IMG/VR virus record: IMGVR_UViG_3300043414_000517
Coordinates: 1 to 26,525 of that record
From: a virus
Lineage: Duplodnaviria; Caudoviricetes
Length of the DNA stretch: 26,525 nt
Reading direction: 5' to 3' (one strand)
Position 1 is the first letter of the stretch. Each line of letters opens with the position of its first letter. Under the pieces are notes generated by a model. The model did not search any database and was not told the DNA's origin. It saw only the letters and a list, made by a program, of their open reading frames with translations. Shown one piece after another: positions 14,760 through 24,099 of the stretch. Position numbers and translations under genes: made by a program.

Positions 14760-15985
14760 TTAATTCCGTATAAAGTTATTTTATCTATTGTGAATGTATA
14801 ACCAGCTTGATTTAAAATAGTTATCCCACTAATTGCAGATGTAACATTGTGTACTCCTGCACCAGCAGTCCAAGTAGCATATGAACCATCTAATCCATTT
14901 GTAGTCCAAGTAAATGCTTTTGCATAACTAGTTCCAAGTGGATTATAAATTTCAATAATTACATCATTTCTTCTTGTTGTTGAAGCCGACCAATATCCAA
15001 TATGAAAATAATCTGTTTCACTAAGATATACATCTGCTGGTTGATTAGATTGATATTCAGTAGCCATGTCATAGCTACCAGTTTGTGCTGTGCCAGATTT
15101 ATTAACTTTAAAATTAATACGATTAGCTGTATTCATATATCCACCATTTAAGTATAAAATATATTTGTCATAAGTAGATGTAAAGTAACCATCTATACTT
15201 ACTGCTGAACTTGCACTTGCACTTGTAGATAATAGTTTAACAAAATCCGAGCCAACCGAACTGAACGACAAAACCCCACTTCCATTTGTTTGAAGCACTT
15301 GACCTGAAGTTCCGTCTGCACTTGGTAGAGTTAAAGTTAAATTTGATGCGATTGTGTCTGGTGCTTTTATTGCAATATAGTTTGCACCATTGTCAGTATC
15401 TTCAGGCAATCTAATTTCAGAACCAGCAGTAGCATTTCCAATTACAGCAAGAGGAGTAGAAAAACTCAAAGAATCAAAACTTAAATTCCCAGCACCATCT
15501 GTCTTTAAGAACTGACCAGCAGAACCATCAGCAGAAGGAAGAATCCAAATTTTATCAGCACTCAAACTAGCAGGTGCTTTAAAGCCAACATAATTTACTC
15601 CGTTAGCAGTAGTTTCACTAAAACGAATTTCTTTTTGATTTTGTAAAATTAAATTAACAGAAGAAGTTTGAGAAGTATCTGAAAGTGTTAAAACAGTTCC
15701 AGTAGCAGTAGTAGTTAAACCAGTTACAGAAACTGTACTGTCTAACCAGTTTACAGTATTACCTACGTGGTCAATTGTTGCTAAAGAGATGTCATCAGCA
15801 CCATCGTAATACTTTAAAGTTGGAGATGTTGCTGATGTCGTATCAAGCCAAATTGTACCAGCTACAGCACCAGATGGTCTAGATGTTCCTGATTGAGATG
15901 TGTTAATAGCTTGTAATGCAGAATTAAGATCGGTTCTAAAAGAAGGGAAAGATTGGTTTGCTATTACTAAATCGTTTTGGCTCAT
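14756..15985 (-). CDS. Tail fibre / receptor-binding protein
   Basis: D.VIANQSFPSFRTDLN.AL attachment region after the J-like gene, two internal repeats, variable tip. Confidence 0.9.
   Translation of the reverse strand: MSQNDLVIANQSFPSFRTDLNSALQAINTSQSGTSRPSGAVAGTIWLDTTSATSPTLKYYDGADDISLATIDHVGNTVNWLDSTVSVTGLTTTATGTVLTLSDTSQTSSVNLILQNQKEIRFSETTANGVNYVGFKAPASLSADKIWILPSADGSAGQFLKTDGAGNLSFDSLSFSTPLAVIGNATAGSEIRLPEDTDNGANYIAIKAPDTIASNLTLTLPSADGTSGQVLQTNGSGVLSFSSVGSDFVKLLSTSASASSAVSIDGYFTSTYDKYILYLNGGYMNTANRINFKVNKSGTAQTGSYDMATEYQSNQPADVYLSETDYFHIGYWSASTTRRNDVIIEIYNPLGTSYAKAFTWTTNGLDGSYATWTAGAGVHNVTSAISGITILNQAGYTFTIDKITLYGIK
15263..15631 (-). repeat. Two 52-aa fibre shaft repeats
   Basis: EIR..E...NG.NY...KAP........LPSADG..GQ.L.T.G.G.LSF at 15476-15631 and 15263-15418. 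Confidence 0.85.
15269..15295 (-). repeat. Right 27-bp inverted repeat, inside the fibre gene (codons 231-239)
   Basis: CAAAACCCCACTTCCATTTGTTTGAAG on the + strand. Confidence 0.95.
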
Positions 15986-16004
15986 ATTCTATCTAATATA
16001 TTAT

Positions 16005-18857
16005 TTAAAATCCTTTTGCAATATAATCAAATGTTCTACTAACTCCAGTACCACCACTATTTTTAAAAGCTATATTGAAGCCATTAATAGTCTTACTGTT
16101 TAAGGTATAAAAATCACCAGTAGCCATTCCTTGATTAGTAATACCGATAGCATAATTAACAGAATAAAATGGTCTTGTAAAGGTAACAGTATAAGTTCCA
16201 GTACCACTTACTAGATCATTTCCATTTTGAATAGTATCTTCAACATCTATTGTTACACTTAAAGCAGATACAACTGGAGTAGAAGCTAAATCATCTGATC
16301 TCATCATAAGTCTAAATTTAAAATATCTAGCTGTGTAATCGCCAACTACAAAATTTCTAAAAGAAGTATAAGTTATATTGTCAGGAGATAAAGCAATTTC
16401 TAAATGAGCATTACAGTTAGCAGGAGAATCTCCGTCAAAGTTAGAAGCACTATCGTCAAATAATCCAAGATTAGAATCAAAAAGGTTATCTATATTATCA
16501 ACTGTTTGTGTAAGAGAAGCAGTTACACGAACTGTGTAACTTCCACCAATGTCAATAGGAGAAGTAAATTCATAATAACCAGTTGGAGATAAATCGTATG
16601 TAGTTACACCAGCATCAAAAAAAGCAGTAGCAGAATCAAATAGTCCAACAGCAGAATCAAAAGATTCAGTAGAGTCTAATCTCAAAGCACCACTATCAAC
16701 ATAAACATTAGTTTTAGTTCCTGAGAATGTAGGTGATTCAGTTTGTGTTACAACAGCATTAAAGTTTCCAACCTCTAATAAGTTAGTTGATATAATAGCT
16801 TCATTAGATGAGAAGTTTCCGTTTTTATCAATCGCTTTGATTAGGTACGAACCGATACGAGCAGGTAGAGTAACTGATGTAGCTGGTCTTGCAACTTTTT
16901 CAACAAGAGAAACTGAGTTCTGCCATTCAGCACCAGTAGTTAATGTAGAGAAACGAATTGCATAATAAGCTAAGTCTAAATCTGGTATTTGTGTCCAAGA
17001 CAAGTGAGCATCACGACCAATAATATTACAAGAAAAATCTTCAACATCAGCAGGTGGTAATAATCCACCGACAATAGTTCTTGATGCAGAAGTATATGTT
17101 GAACCAACTCCTAAAGTATTAAATGCTTTTACTCTTACATTATAAAGAGAACCATCTACTACGTTTAATATTCTTTGAGTTAATCCTTTTCCTTGTCCAT
17201 GAATAATGTAATCAGTAGCTGTACTTAATTTGTATTCAACTTGGTAGTAATCTACAAAGCTATCTGGTGATGCACCAATAGTGCAATCCAAACAAGTTAT
17301 GACAACTCCGTCTGAGTATTCCACTAGTTGATCTGATAATGTTACTGAAGCTGGTGCAGATACAGAAAATGGATTAGGTAATACAGTATCAGCTATTGTT
17401 GGTGCTTGTGATTTTGATTCCCAGACGTAAAATGAATCCTGATGTTCCTCTAAGCCAAGATTAACTGTGCTGTCAGCATTAATAGATAATGACATAACTC
17501 GGAATGGTTTAGCACTAAATCCTGTTGTATCATAAGTTGCTGTAACTATATCTCCAATGGCTAAGTTTAATCCTTCTGAAGTAATAGTTACTTCTGCCTT
17601 TAAACAATTTCTTGATCTCTTTAATATGTTCTCGCAAATTTCTTCAGCTTGATAAGGTGATGTAACATGAATCATGTCAAAACTTCTTTCAAGTATTGTA
17701 TCGTTATCAGCAGATAACATTGTTGCGTATTTATCTTCTGTAGCTAATGCTGAATCGTCATAAGGTGGGTATGAAACTGTATCTGATTGATAATCTTTAT
17801 CTGGGTTTGTAAATGTTCCTACAACTCTATTGTATTTCTCAGATTTGCTTTCACCTTGTAATTTAACTTCGCTTACAACATTATCTTTAGTTAATAATAA
17901 TTGTGATGAACCAGTACCTTCAATAATAACTTTGTATTTACCTTGAGTGTAATTAAAGATTGCTCTCATAGGTACAAGTAATTCTCTTACATTATCAATT
18001 ACTTTTTTCTCACTATCTAATACTGCATGTGTTTCAAATAAGTTAATTGCAGTTCCACTTGTGTAAGGTGTTACCTGAGTCTCGCAAGTATTTGCAGAAG
18101 TTTTAAATGAATCGTAATTAGTTTCAAACGCAGAATTAGGTAAACCTTTTCCGTATCTAGCATTTCTTAAATAGTCTAAAAGAATTAAAGATGAGTTCTT
18201 AGAATAAGCCCAAGTAGAAGCTGTGTCTTGTCTATGTGAACCTGAACCACCTTTAGTTGAATCTAATCTTGGGTCGTAAATCTTTTTACCTTTTAATGTA
18301 ACTCTAACTTCTGGTATTCCACTAAATGCGTCTTGATTCCATTTTAAACGAATAGCTAAATAAGCAAGGCCAGATAACTTATGATTAGTAGTCCAGTTAG
18401 CTTGTTCTTGTAATAATGAAGATGCAGATTGATTATCTAAACCATAAAATCCTTGAACTGATATTAAGCTGCCATCTTTATAAAAATTAGTATCTGTACT
18501 ATCTACTGTTCTTAATGTTCCGTCAGTTAATGCACCACTCCAAGTTACTAGTTTGTCATCAACATAAATCTCATCTATGCTTTCAATTCCTGCACCACCA
18601 CCTTCGCAGAGAACCCCAGCGATATAAAGGTATTGATTATCAGCACCAGAACTTTCAACATAAACTCTTGTAAGTCCAACTTGTCTTTGACCATACACAA
18701 CAGGTATTGGATTATTGTTTGCGTCTTTGTTTACTAAGATACCTTTAACTTCATCATTAGATGATTGTCTTGGTGCTTTAGGTTTTGGTGCAATTAAATA
18801 ACTTACTGCTGTTGTTATTAGTGTTACTATAATTGATGTTAATAATGCTTCACCCAT
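16005..18857 (-). CDS. Tail tip / host-specificity protein (lambda J-like, FN3 domains)
   Basis: 950 aa; PIPVVYG, LKGKKIYDPR, LLDYLRNARYGKG, YNVRVKAFN FN3-like strand. Confidence 0.9.
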   Translation of the reverse strand: MGEALLTSIIVTLITTAVSYLIAPKPKAPRQSSNDEVKGILVNKDANNNPIPVVYGQRQVGLTRVYVESSGADNQYLYIAGVLCEGGGAGIESIDEIYVDDKLVTWSGALTDGTLRTVDSTDTNFYKDGSLISVQGFYGLDNQSASSLLQEQANWTTNHKLSGLAYLAIRLKWNQDAFSGIPEVRVTLKGKKIYDPRLDSTKGGSGSHRQDTASTWAYSKNSSLILLDYLRNARYGKGLPNSAFETNYDSFKTSANTCETQVTPYTSGTAINLFETHAVLDSEKKVIDNVRELLVPMRAIFNYTQGKYKVIIEGTGSSQLLLTKDNVVSEVKLQGESKSEKYNRVVGTFTNPDKDYQSDTVSYPPYDDSALATEDKYATMLSADNDTILERSFDMIHVTSPYQAEEICENILKRSRNCLKAEVTITSEGLNLAIGDIVTATYDTTGFSAKPFRVMSLSINADSTVNLGLEEHQDSFYVWESKSQAPTIADTVLPNPFSVSAPASVTLSDQLVEYSDGVVITCLDCTIGASPDSFVDYYQVEYKLSTATDYIIHGQGKGLTQRILNVVDGSLYNVRVKAFNTLGVGSTYTSASRTIVGGLLPPADVEDFSCNIIGRDAHLSWTQIPDLDLAYYAIRFSTLTTGAEWQNSVSLVEKVARPATSVTLPARIGSYLIKAIDKNGNFSSNEAIISTNLLEVGNFNAVVTQTESPTFSGTKTNVYVDSGALRLDSTESFDSAVGLFDSATAFFDAGVTTYDLSPTGYYEFTSPIDIGGSYTVRVTASLTQTVDNIDNLFDSNLGLFDDSASNFDGDSPANCNAHLEIALSPDNITYTSFRNFVVGDYTARYFKFRLMMRSDDLASTPVVSALSVTIDVEDTIQNGNDLVSGTGTYTVTFTRPFYSVNYAIGITNQGMATGDFYTLNSKTINGFNIAFKNSGGTGVSRTFDYIAKGF

Positions 18858-19270
18858 TAAATATGAAACTCCCTTTTAAATTTTTCTGATGTTCTGTAAA
18901 TAATGTTATTGTCTTTAATTCTTAACCATTTAACACATTGATCTACTTCTAACTTTTCTCTAAAATATTCTTTAGTCCAAGACATAATCTCTCTTAAATT
19001 ACTTTTAGCAATAGTTTCAATATGCCATATATTGTTTCCTGATTTCCATTCATTTGGTTTTATTTTTCCAGTAAGTTTAAATCGTTCTTCAACTGTATCG
19101 CTTAAATAAGCCCAGTTAGTAAAACCAATATCTTTTCCATCAACTCTATGAATTTGGTATTGATCTAAATTTAAAGATGGAATTACTTTTTTAACTATAT
19201 CTTCGTAAGTAAGTTTATCATATCTAGGAAATTGTCTAAACAAATGAACTACTCTATATAAATCAGTCAT
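18857..19270 (-). CDS. HlyC/RtxC-like toxin-activating acyltransferase homologue
   Basis: PSL.L.QY.IHR.DGK.IGFTNWAYLS..VEERF......PNEWKSGNNIWHIE.IA matches the HlyC pattern; TAATG coupling on both sides (start 19270). Confidence 0.75.
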   Translation of the reverse strand: MTDLYRVVHLFRQFPRYDKLTYEDIVKKVIPSLNLDQYQIHRVDGKDIGFTNWAYLSDTVEERFKLTGKIKPNEWKSGNNIWHIETIAKSNLREIMSWTKEYFREKLEVDQCVKWLRIKDNNIIYRTSEKFKREFHI

Positions 19271-19824
19271 TAAGCTGTTCCCCATTTAATCTTCTGTGCT
19301 GTTTGACTTGCAAACTCCATACCTTTATCTGTTGAGAATAATAATTTTTGAGAGTTTTCAGATGTTCTTCTTCCTTGTATCTTTTCAAAATCTGCCCAAT
19401 GTGAAGCTATAATAATATTAATTGATGATGTAGTTGCGTTTTCTTCTAATGAGAAGTTAGCTATTCTTCCTTCAAATAATAAAAATGGGTCAGCTATTAA
19501 AGCACCAGTATCATCTAAGAAACCTCTATAAAGATTTGCAGGTTTATTCATGTAATCATTATTTAGTAAAAGACTAATCATTGTTGTATCTGCACCTGAG
19601 AATTTTAATGTAAGATTGTTTACTGATACGTCAGCAGTTTCTTGAACTTCAGAACTTCCTAAAAATAATGATGAAGATGTGTATGTATTGCCATTGAAAG
19701 TTAAGTTAGCAAAATGATCTGTGTAATATGTTCCTGTGCTTATACCTAAGTAAATAAGTTCTACTGGATTAAGTTTGTTTGTAGCTAATTCTGCTATGAC
19801 ACCAGCAGTTAATGATCTTGTCAT
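19270..19824 (-). CDS. Tail hub / minor tail protein (gpL/DUF2163-like)
   Basis: TD....LTFNGNTY, L.FSG.D, LFEGRI, D.GMEFA; lies between Dit and J. Confidence 0.75.
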   Translation of the reverse strand: MTRSLTAGVIAELATNKLNPVELIYLGISTGTYYTDHFANLTFNGNTYTSSSLFLGSSEVQETADVSVNNLTLKFSGADTTMISLLLNNDYMNKPANLYRGFLDDTGALIADPFLLFEGRIANFSLEENATTSSINIIIASHWADFEKIQGRRTSENSQKLLFSTDKGMEFASQTAQKIKWGTA

Positions 19825-20426
19825 TATAGTACCTCTATAAGATCAACTTCGTATTGGAAATAGTTTTCTGTGCTAATATTAAACTCTTGAACATCTCCAG
19901 TTAATCCGACTGTAAAATCTACATTAGAATAAATTAATATAGCATTATCAGATACAGCAGTTCTTAATGGTGGTTCAAATGTTAATGTTCCTGCACCAGA
20001 ACCATTAGATGATACATCTGCCATAACCATATAAACTTTGTTCTGTCCTGTGAATCTAAAATAATCCCCTGCTTTAAATACTCCTGATGTACTATTTGCC
20101 ATACCATCTATTGCTACTGAAGTTACTCCAGCACTTATAGAACCATTAACTGATATAACTCCAGTCGCTACTCCTAAAGAATTATAAACAGTAGGTGGTA
20201 CAAATGTAAAAGATTCCATCTGTGATCTTTGCTTTAATATAAAAGCATTAATAGGTGCAAACTCAATTCTTGTCATAACAGGAAATCTAATTCTTAATCT
20301 AAATTTTTGTGCATCAATTTGTCTTGCTTGTCGTCTGCCAGAAGCAGTAGTTGTAACAAGAGTATTTTGTTCTGAAGATATTGCTACCGAACTTGGTGTT
20401 GGACTTGTTGGGAATGTGCCACTCAT
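19824..20426 (-). CDS. Distal tail protein (Dit-like)
   Basis: T.SGRRQ.R, F...QR...ESFTF, FKAGDYF.F, LTFEPPLR; follows the tape measure. Confidence 0.75.
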   Translation of the reverse strand: MSGTFPTSPTPSSVAISSEQNTLVTTTASGRRQARQIDAQKFRLRIRFPVMTRIEFAPINAFILKQRSQMESFTFVPPTVYNSLGVATGVISVNGSISAGVTSVAIDGMANSTSGVFKAGDYFRFTGQNKVYMVMADVSSNGSGAGTLTFEPPLRTAVSDNAILIYSNVDFTVGLTGDVQEFNISTENYFQYEVDLIEVL

Positions 20427-22246
20427 ACTACGTTTGATCTACCTTTCGCATTAGCACCTTGATTAACTAAGTTAATTATAGTTGCTCTATTATCAATTAA
20501 TAATTCTTTAATACCTCTAACATCATTTGCTTGAATATTAAATGTTATATTCATTCCACTTCCTAGATCATGGTTTGGTACAATAGTTCCATTTGTTGAA
20601 GGAACAAATAATTCTCTGCCACGTTCTCCTACTGTTATTGGAACACCACCTTTAACAGAACCACCTTCTGCAAATGGAGATGACAAAGCAGCATTAATAG
20701 GAGTCATTTCTCCACCACCACCACCGAATAAAGAACTTAAAAAGCTTCCACTACCACTAAATGCACTACTCATACTTGCTGCTAACTGTGCATATAGTTC
20801 TGTTGTTTTAATTTTTTGATAAGCAATATCTAAAAGTAATGTTGCAATATATTCTAATTGTTTAGAGATCATTCTAACTAAAATATCATCTACTATTTTT
20901 CTAAATGTAACTCCTAGTTTTTCTCCAAGAACTATTGACTTAGCTATTCCTAATGAAAAATCTTCAATACCTTTTTTTAAACCATCAGATATTGTTTTTG
21001 TTACACCATCTAATGAATACATTTCTTTTGTAAGATCAGACAAGTTATTACTATTCTTTTGAAACACTCCGTTTAATACGTTTTGAAAGTTTAATATTTG
21101 ACTGTTAGCACCAAACTGTTCTAATGTTTTCATTAGAGTATCTTCAAAGCATTTATCAATTTCTGTTATGTTATCTATTGCTTCTTTGGTATTTGTTTTG
21201 TTAAATGGGTTAAGATCAGACCATTTAAGATTTTTAATAGTTTCTTTAAATGATTCAAATTTCTTTATAATCCAATCTAAGTTATCCCATATAAGAACTG
21301 CTGATATTGCAATACCTGCTGCTATTGCTGTAAATGGATTTGCTGCTGCAACTAAGGCCAATCCAAAAAATGCTTGTGTCAGTAATCTTATATAGTCTAA
21401 TGCTTTTAAAGCTGCCATACCAATTAAAACATCAAATAAAATTACAAAATTATCTTTAATAAATACTAATGTTTTACCAAATGCTATCAATACATTTGCT
21501 AAAGCAGCACCTAATTCTTCTGAAAATTTATTTATGCTTTCACCATTTTTTTGAAAGTATTTATCTAGTTCATTTAATTGTTTAGTTAATGTTGTAAAGA
21601 ATCCTTTAGACACAGCAGCTTCAAATGCTGTGACAAAATTTTGTATTGCTATTGTGCTACCGGCTAATCCTTTTTTTAAATCTTCATTAGCAGAACCAAA
21701 TTTTCCTCTAGCACCAAAAGCTTTTTCTAATGATTGATTAAATCCATTAAAACTTTTGTCAGCATAATCTCCAAATCCTTGTATGCTTTTAATTCCTTTG
21801 TCTTGAAATAATCTTGCAGAGTCAGCACCTTTTAATAATCCTTTTGCTATTTGATCTGAAGCATCAACAAAACTTATTTTAAAGTAAGCTGCTGAGTTAG
21901 CTGCTTGTTCTAATTTCTTTGCTAATTCTTCTGGTGATTTAGCAACTGATAATAAATCTCCTGATGCTTGTAGTACATCTAATAAAGGTATTCTTGCTTT
22001 GATTGCGAATTGAGTTAATTGGTCAAATGCTTGGCTTCCACCATAACCTGATTTTGATAATTGTTCTAATCTTGCTCTTACATCTTCTGTTGCTTTTCCT
22101 ACATCAACAAAATCTTTAACTACTAAACCAGCACCAAGTCCTAAAAGAGCATTTCTTACATTGAATATAGAATTTTTTATATCTGTAAAAGCTTTAGACG
22201 CATTGTCTATTGCATTAAGTCTTATGTTTAGTTGCTGATCGGCCAT
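20423..22246 (-). CDS. Tape measure protein
   Basis: IRLNAIDNASKAF N-terminus, helical/hydrophobic middle, FAEGG.V..G.P..VGERGRELFVP C-terminus. Confidence 0.92.
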   Translation of the reverse strand: MADQQLNIRLNAIDNASKAFTDIKNSIFNVRNALLGLGAGLVVKDFVDVGKATEDVRARLEQLSKSGYGGSQAFDQLTQFAIKARIPLLDVLQASGDLLSVAKSPEELAKKLEQAANSAAYFKISFVDASDQIAKGLLKGADSARLFQDKGIKSIQGFGDYADKSFNGFNQSLEKAFGARGKFGSANEDLKKGLAGSTIAIQNFVTAFEAAVSKGFFTTLTKQLNELDKYFQKNGESINKFSEELGAALANVLIAFGKTLVFIKDNFVILFDVLIGMAALKALDYIRLLTQAFFGLALVAAANPFTAIAAGIAISAVLIWDNLDWIIKKFESFKETIKNLKWSDLNPFNKTNTKEAIDNITEIDKCFEDTLMKTLEQFGANSQILNFQNVLNGVFQKNSNNLSDLTKEMYSLDGVTKTISDGLKKGIEDFSLGIAKSIVLGEKLGVTFRKIVDDILVRMISKQLEYIATLLLDIAYQKIKTTELYAQLAASMSSAFSGSGSFLSSLFGGGGGEMTPINAALSSPFAEGGSVKGGVPITVGERGRELFVPSTNGTIVPNHDLGSGMNITFNIQANDVRGIKELLIDNRATIINLVNQGANAKGRSNVV

Positions 22247-22394
22247 GTTCTAGTTTCTCTTTATCTGCCTTCACAGTAAAATAAGCTATCCAATAATAAA
22301 ATTCATCTTGTGTCATACACAAAATTTCTTCCATACTTTTTTTTAATTCGTGACCTAGAGCAAGTATAGAAAACAACTCAGGGTCAAATCTTAC
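22215..22394 (-). CDS. Tail assembly chaperone -1 frameshift extension (gpGT-like T portion)
   Basis: -1 frame reads VRFDPELFSILALGHELKKSMEEILCMTQDEFYYWIAYF... to TAA at 22215. Confidence 0.8.
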   Translation of the reverse strand, partial: VRFDPELFSILALGHELKKSMEEILCMTQDEFYYWIAYFTVKADKEKLEHGRSATKHKT

Positions 22395-22726
22395 TTTTTT
22401 TCGGCTTGATCGTAAGAAATACCGGACAACATTTGTGTCGCTACAGAAGCTATAACATTTGCGTCAGCATTATTCAATAATGTTAGTTTATCATCTAACT
22501 TAAATAATTTATTTCCTTCTCCGTCTTTTGCTTTTAAAACTATTGCATCTACCAATACTCCTAGATCATCATTTTTAGCACCTTTAAAAAGGTTTCTTTT
22601 CTCACCCAAAGTAAATGGTGAACAATATATTATTAAAGGTTTGCCTTCCTCGCCCCATTCAGCTACCTCAATCTTTGTTATACCAAGACTTTCAAACTGT
22701 GCCTTCACTCTATCTATTACGTTCAT
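22391..22726 (-). CDS. Tail assembly chaperone (gpG-like)
   Basis: Between tube and tape measure; IEVAEWG, AKDGEGNKLF; ends EKK on a slippery site. Confidence 0.85.
   Translation of the reverse strand: MNVIDRVKAQFESLGITKIEVAEWGEEGKPLIIYCSPFTLGEKRNLFKGAKNDDLGVLVDAIVLKAKDGEGNKLFKLDDKLTLLNNADANVIASVATQMLSGISYDQAEKK
22394..22400 (-). other. Slippery heptamer A AAA AAG
   Basis: GAA AAA AAG TAA at the end of the chaperone gene. Confidence 0.85.
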
Positions 22727-22750
22727 TATATTCTTCCTATGTTTAATTAA

Positions 22751-23137
22751 TTAAGCAGTTGCGAATGTTAAAGCACCAGTTCCTTGAAAAGAAATTGATG
22801 ATTCAACTAATCCGTCAAAAGAAGCACTTACAGATTTAGCAGTTATAATTGCTGAACCTGAATAATATTTGTCTCCTGTTGATGCACCTTCTGGGTAAAC
22901 TTTGATCGTTACACTTGTTCCTAAAGCTAATGCTAATTGACCAGCATCAGTTTCGTCCCAAAATAAAGAAGCAGTACCTGACCAAGCTGTTAATCCAGCT
23001 TTGTAAGTTCTTGCTGTTGTTCCCATGTTAGAAGTCTCAATAGTATCGCCAGTTGTTTCTAAACTGAATGATCTAAGTTCTCCAACTGTATCTGTTCCTA
23101 CTTTAACTGTTCCTTCTGAACCAGTATGAGTTGCCAT
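22751..23137 (-). CDS. Tail tube (major tail) protein
   Basis: G.EG.VKVG, IETS.MG..ARTY..GL..WSG, YSGSAIIT, SISFQGTGAL. Confidence 0.9.
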   Translation of the reverse strand: MATHTGSEGTVKVGTDTVGELRSFSLETTGDTIETSNMGTTARTYKAGLTAWSGTASLFWDETDAGQLALALGTSVTIKVYPEGASTGDKYYSGSAIITAKSVSASFDGLVESSISFQGTGALTFATA

Positions 23138-23161
23138 TATGTTCTCCTTGTATTGTTAATA

Positions 23162-23602
23162 TTAAGGTGTGCCAGAAGTGTATTGATACATTACTCGCAC
23201 CACCATTCTGATACCACCTATAGGGAACAAGACTCCCTCATCTGTTGAAACTTCAACAATTTGAGTTTGTTTTGCGTACCCATTTCTTGTTCTATCAGAA
23301 TTTAATCTTGTTTCAATCGTAGTGATTAACTCATTACGTTTTGTGTCTATATTTGATGTTGTTCCTTTTACATATCCAACAATTACAAAGTCAGCAGTTG
23401 CTTGTCTTGTAATAGTGCTTGAAGTCATTGTCTCATCTGATCTTACTTCGTTACCAGATTGAACAAAACAAGCAGGATATTGTTGTTCAGATAATTCATC
23501 TACATTAAATGGTTCTCTAGTAATCTTCTTTAATGTAATTGGAGATGTCCCAGTTGAAATTACTGTAACTATATTAGCAGCTATATCTTCTCGTTTACTC
23601 AT
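23162..23602 (-). CDS. Tail terminator protein
   Basis: MSKREDIA, YPA, position upstream of the tube gene. Confidence 0.7.
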   Translation of the reverse strand: MSKREDIAANIVTVISTGTSPITLKKITREPFNVDELSEQQYPACFVQSGNEVRSDETMTSSTITRQATADFVIVGYVKGTTSNIDTKRNELITTIETRLNSDRTRNGYAKQTQIVEVSTDEGVLFPIGGIRMVVRVMYQYTSGTP

Positions 23603-24099
23603 AATATTTTACTTAGTTTTGTATATTCTTTCATAAATACATTTATAATAGGTTGTTGTTCTCTTTGTCCTATTGCAAAGAATTTACGTTTCTTTTGATT
23701 ACCTAATGCTTTCGTATTCTCAAATTTATTTGCAAAGTAAATTATAGCTTGTGTTGGCGAAGATTTTTGAGTTATGTTAGATAACATATTACCTGAAAAA
23801 TTTAAGTCAGGCCTAGAATTTTGTCTGCCCATAAAACTTCTGTATTCTTTATAACCACCTTGAAAAGTTTTGTAAGTTGGTCTTGATTTAGGTGTTATGT
23901 TAAAAAAGAATGGCCTAGTTGAATATGAGGGAAATGAATTTCCATCAGCACCAGTACCTTTTGAAGTTCTTTGTTTAATTAAACCCATTAAGAACTCAGC
24001 AGTTCTTCCTAATGCAGTTTTAACTATTTGTGGTTGTTCTCTTATTTGCCTTTCAAAATTTTGTGCAACTTGTAGAGAATTATCTTTAACAGTAATCAT
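23599..24099 (-). CDS. Tail completion / neck protein (virion morphogenesis family)
   Basis: IKQRT.KG...DG..F..YS, DL.FSG.ML.., RKFF.I. Confidence 0.7.
   Translation of the reverse strand: MITVKDNSLQVAQNFERQIREQPQIVKTALGRTAEFLMGLIKQRTSKGTGADGNSFPSYSTRPFFFNITPKSRPTYKTFQGGYKEYRSFMGRQNSRPDLNFSGNMLSNITQKSSPTQAIIYFANKFENTKALGNQKKRKFFAIGQREQQPIINVFMKEYTKLSKIL

Larger units (their letters stand above)
13794..15295. mobile_element. Invertible tail-fibre segment (Mu G / P1 C-like layout)
   Basis: Perfect 27-bp IRs in frame with the fibre gene; two convergent fibre-tip plus small-gene pairs inside. Confidence 0.85.

Noticed and set aside
13794-15985. Diversity-generating retroelement acting on the fibre
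   Set aside because: No reverse transcriptase and no template/variable repeat pair differing at adenines; the repeat is short, exact and inverted.
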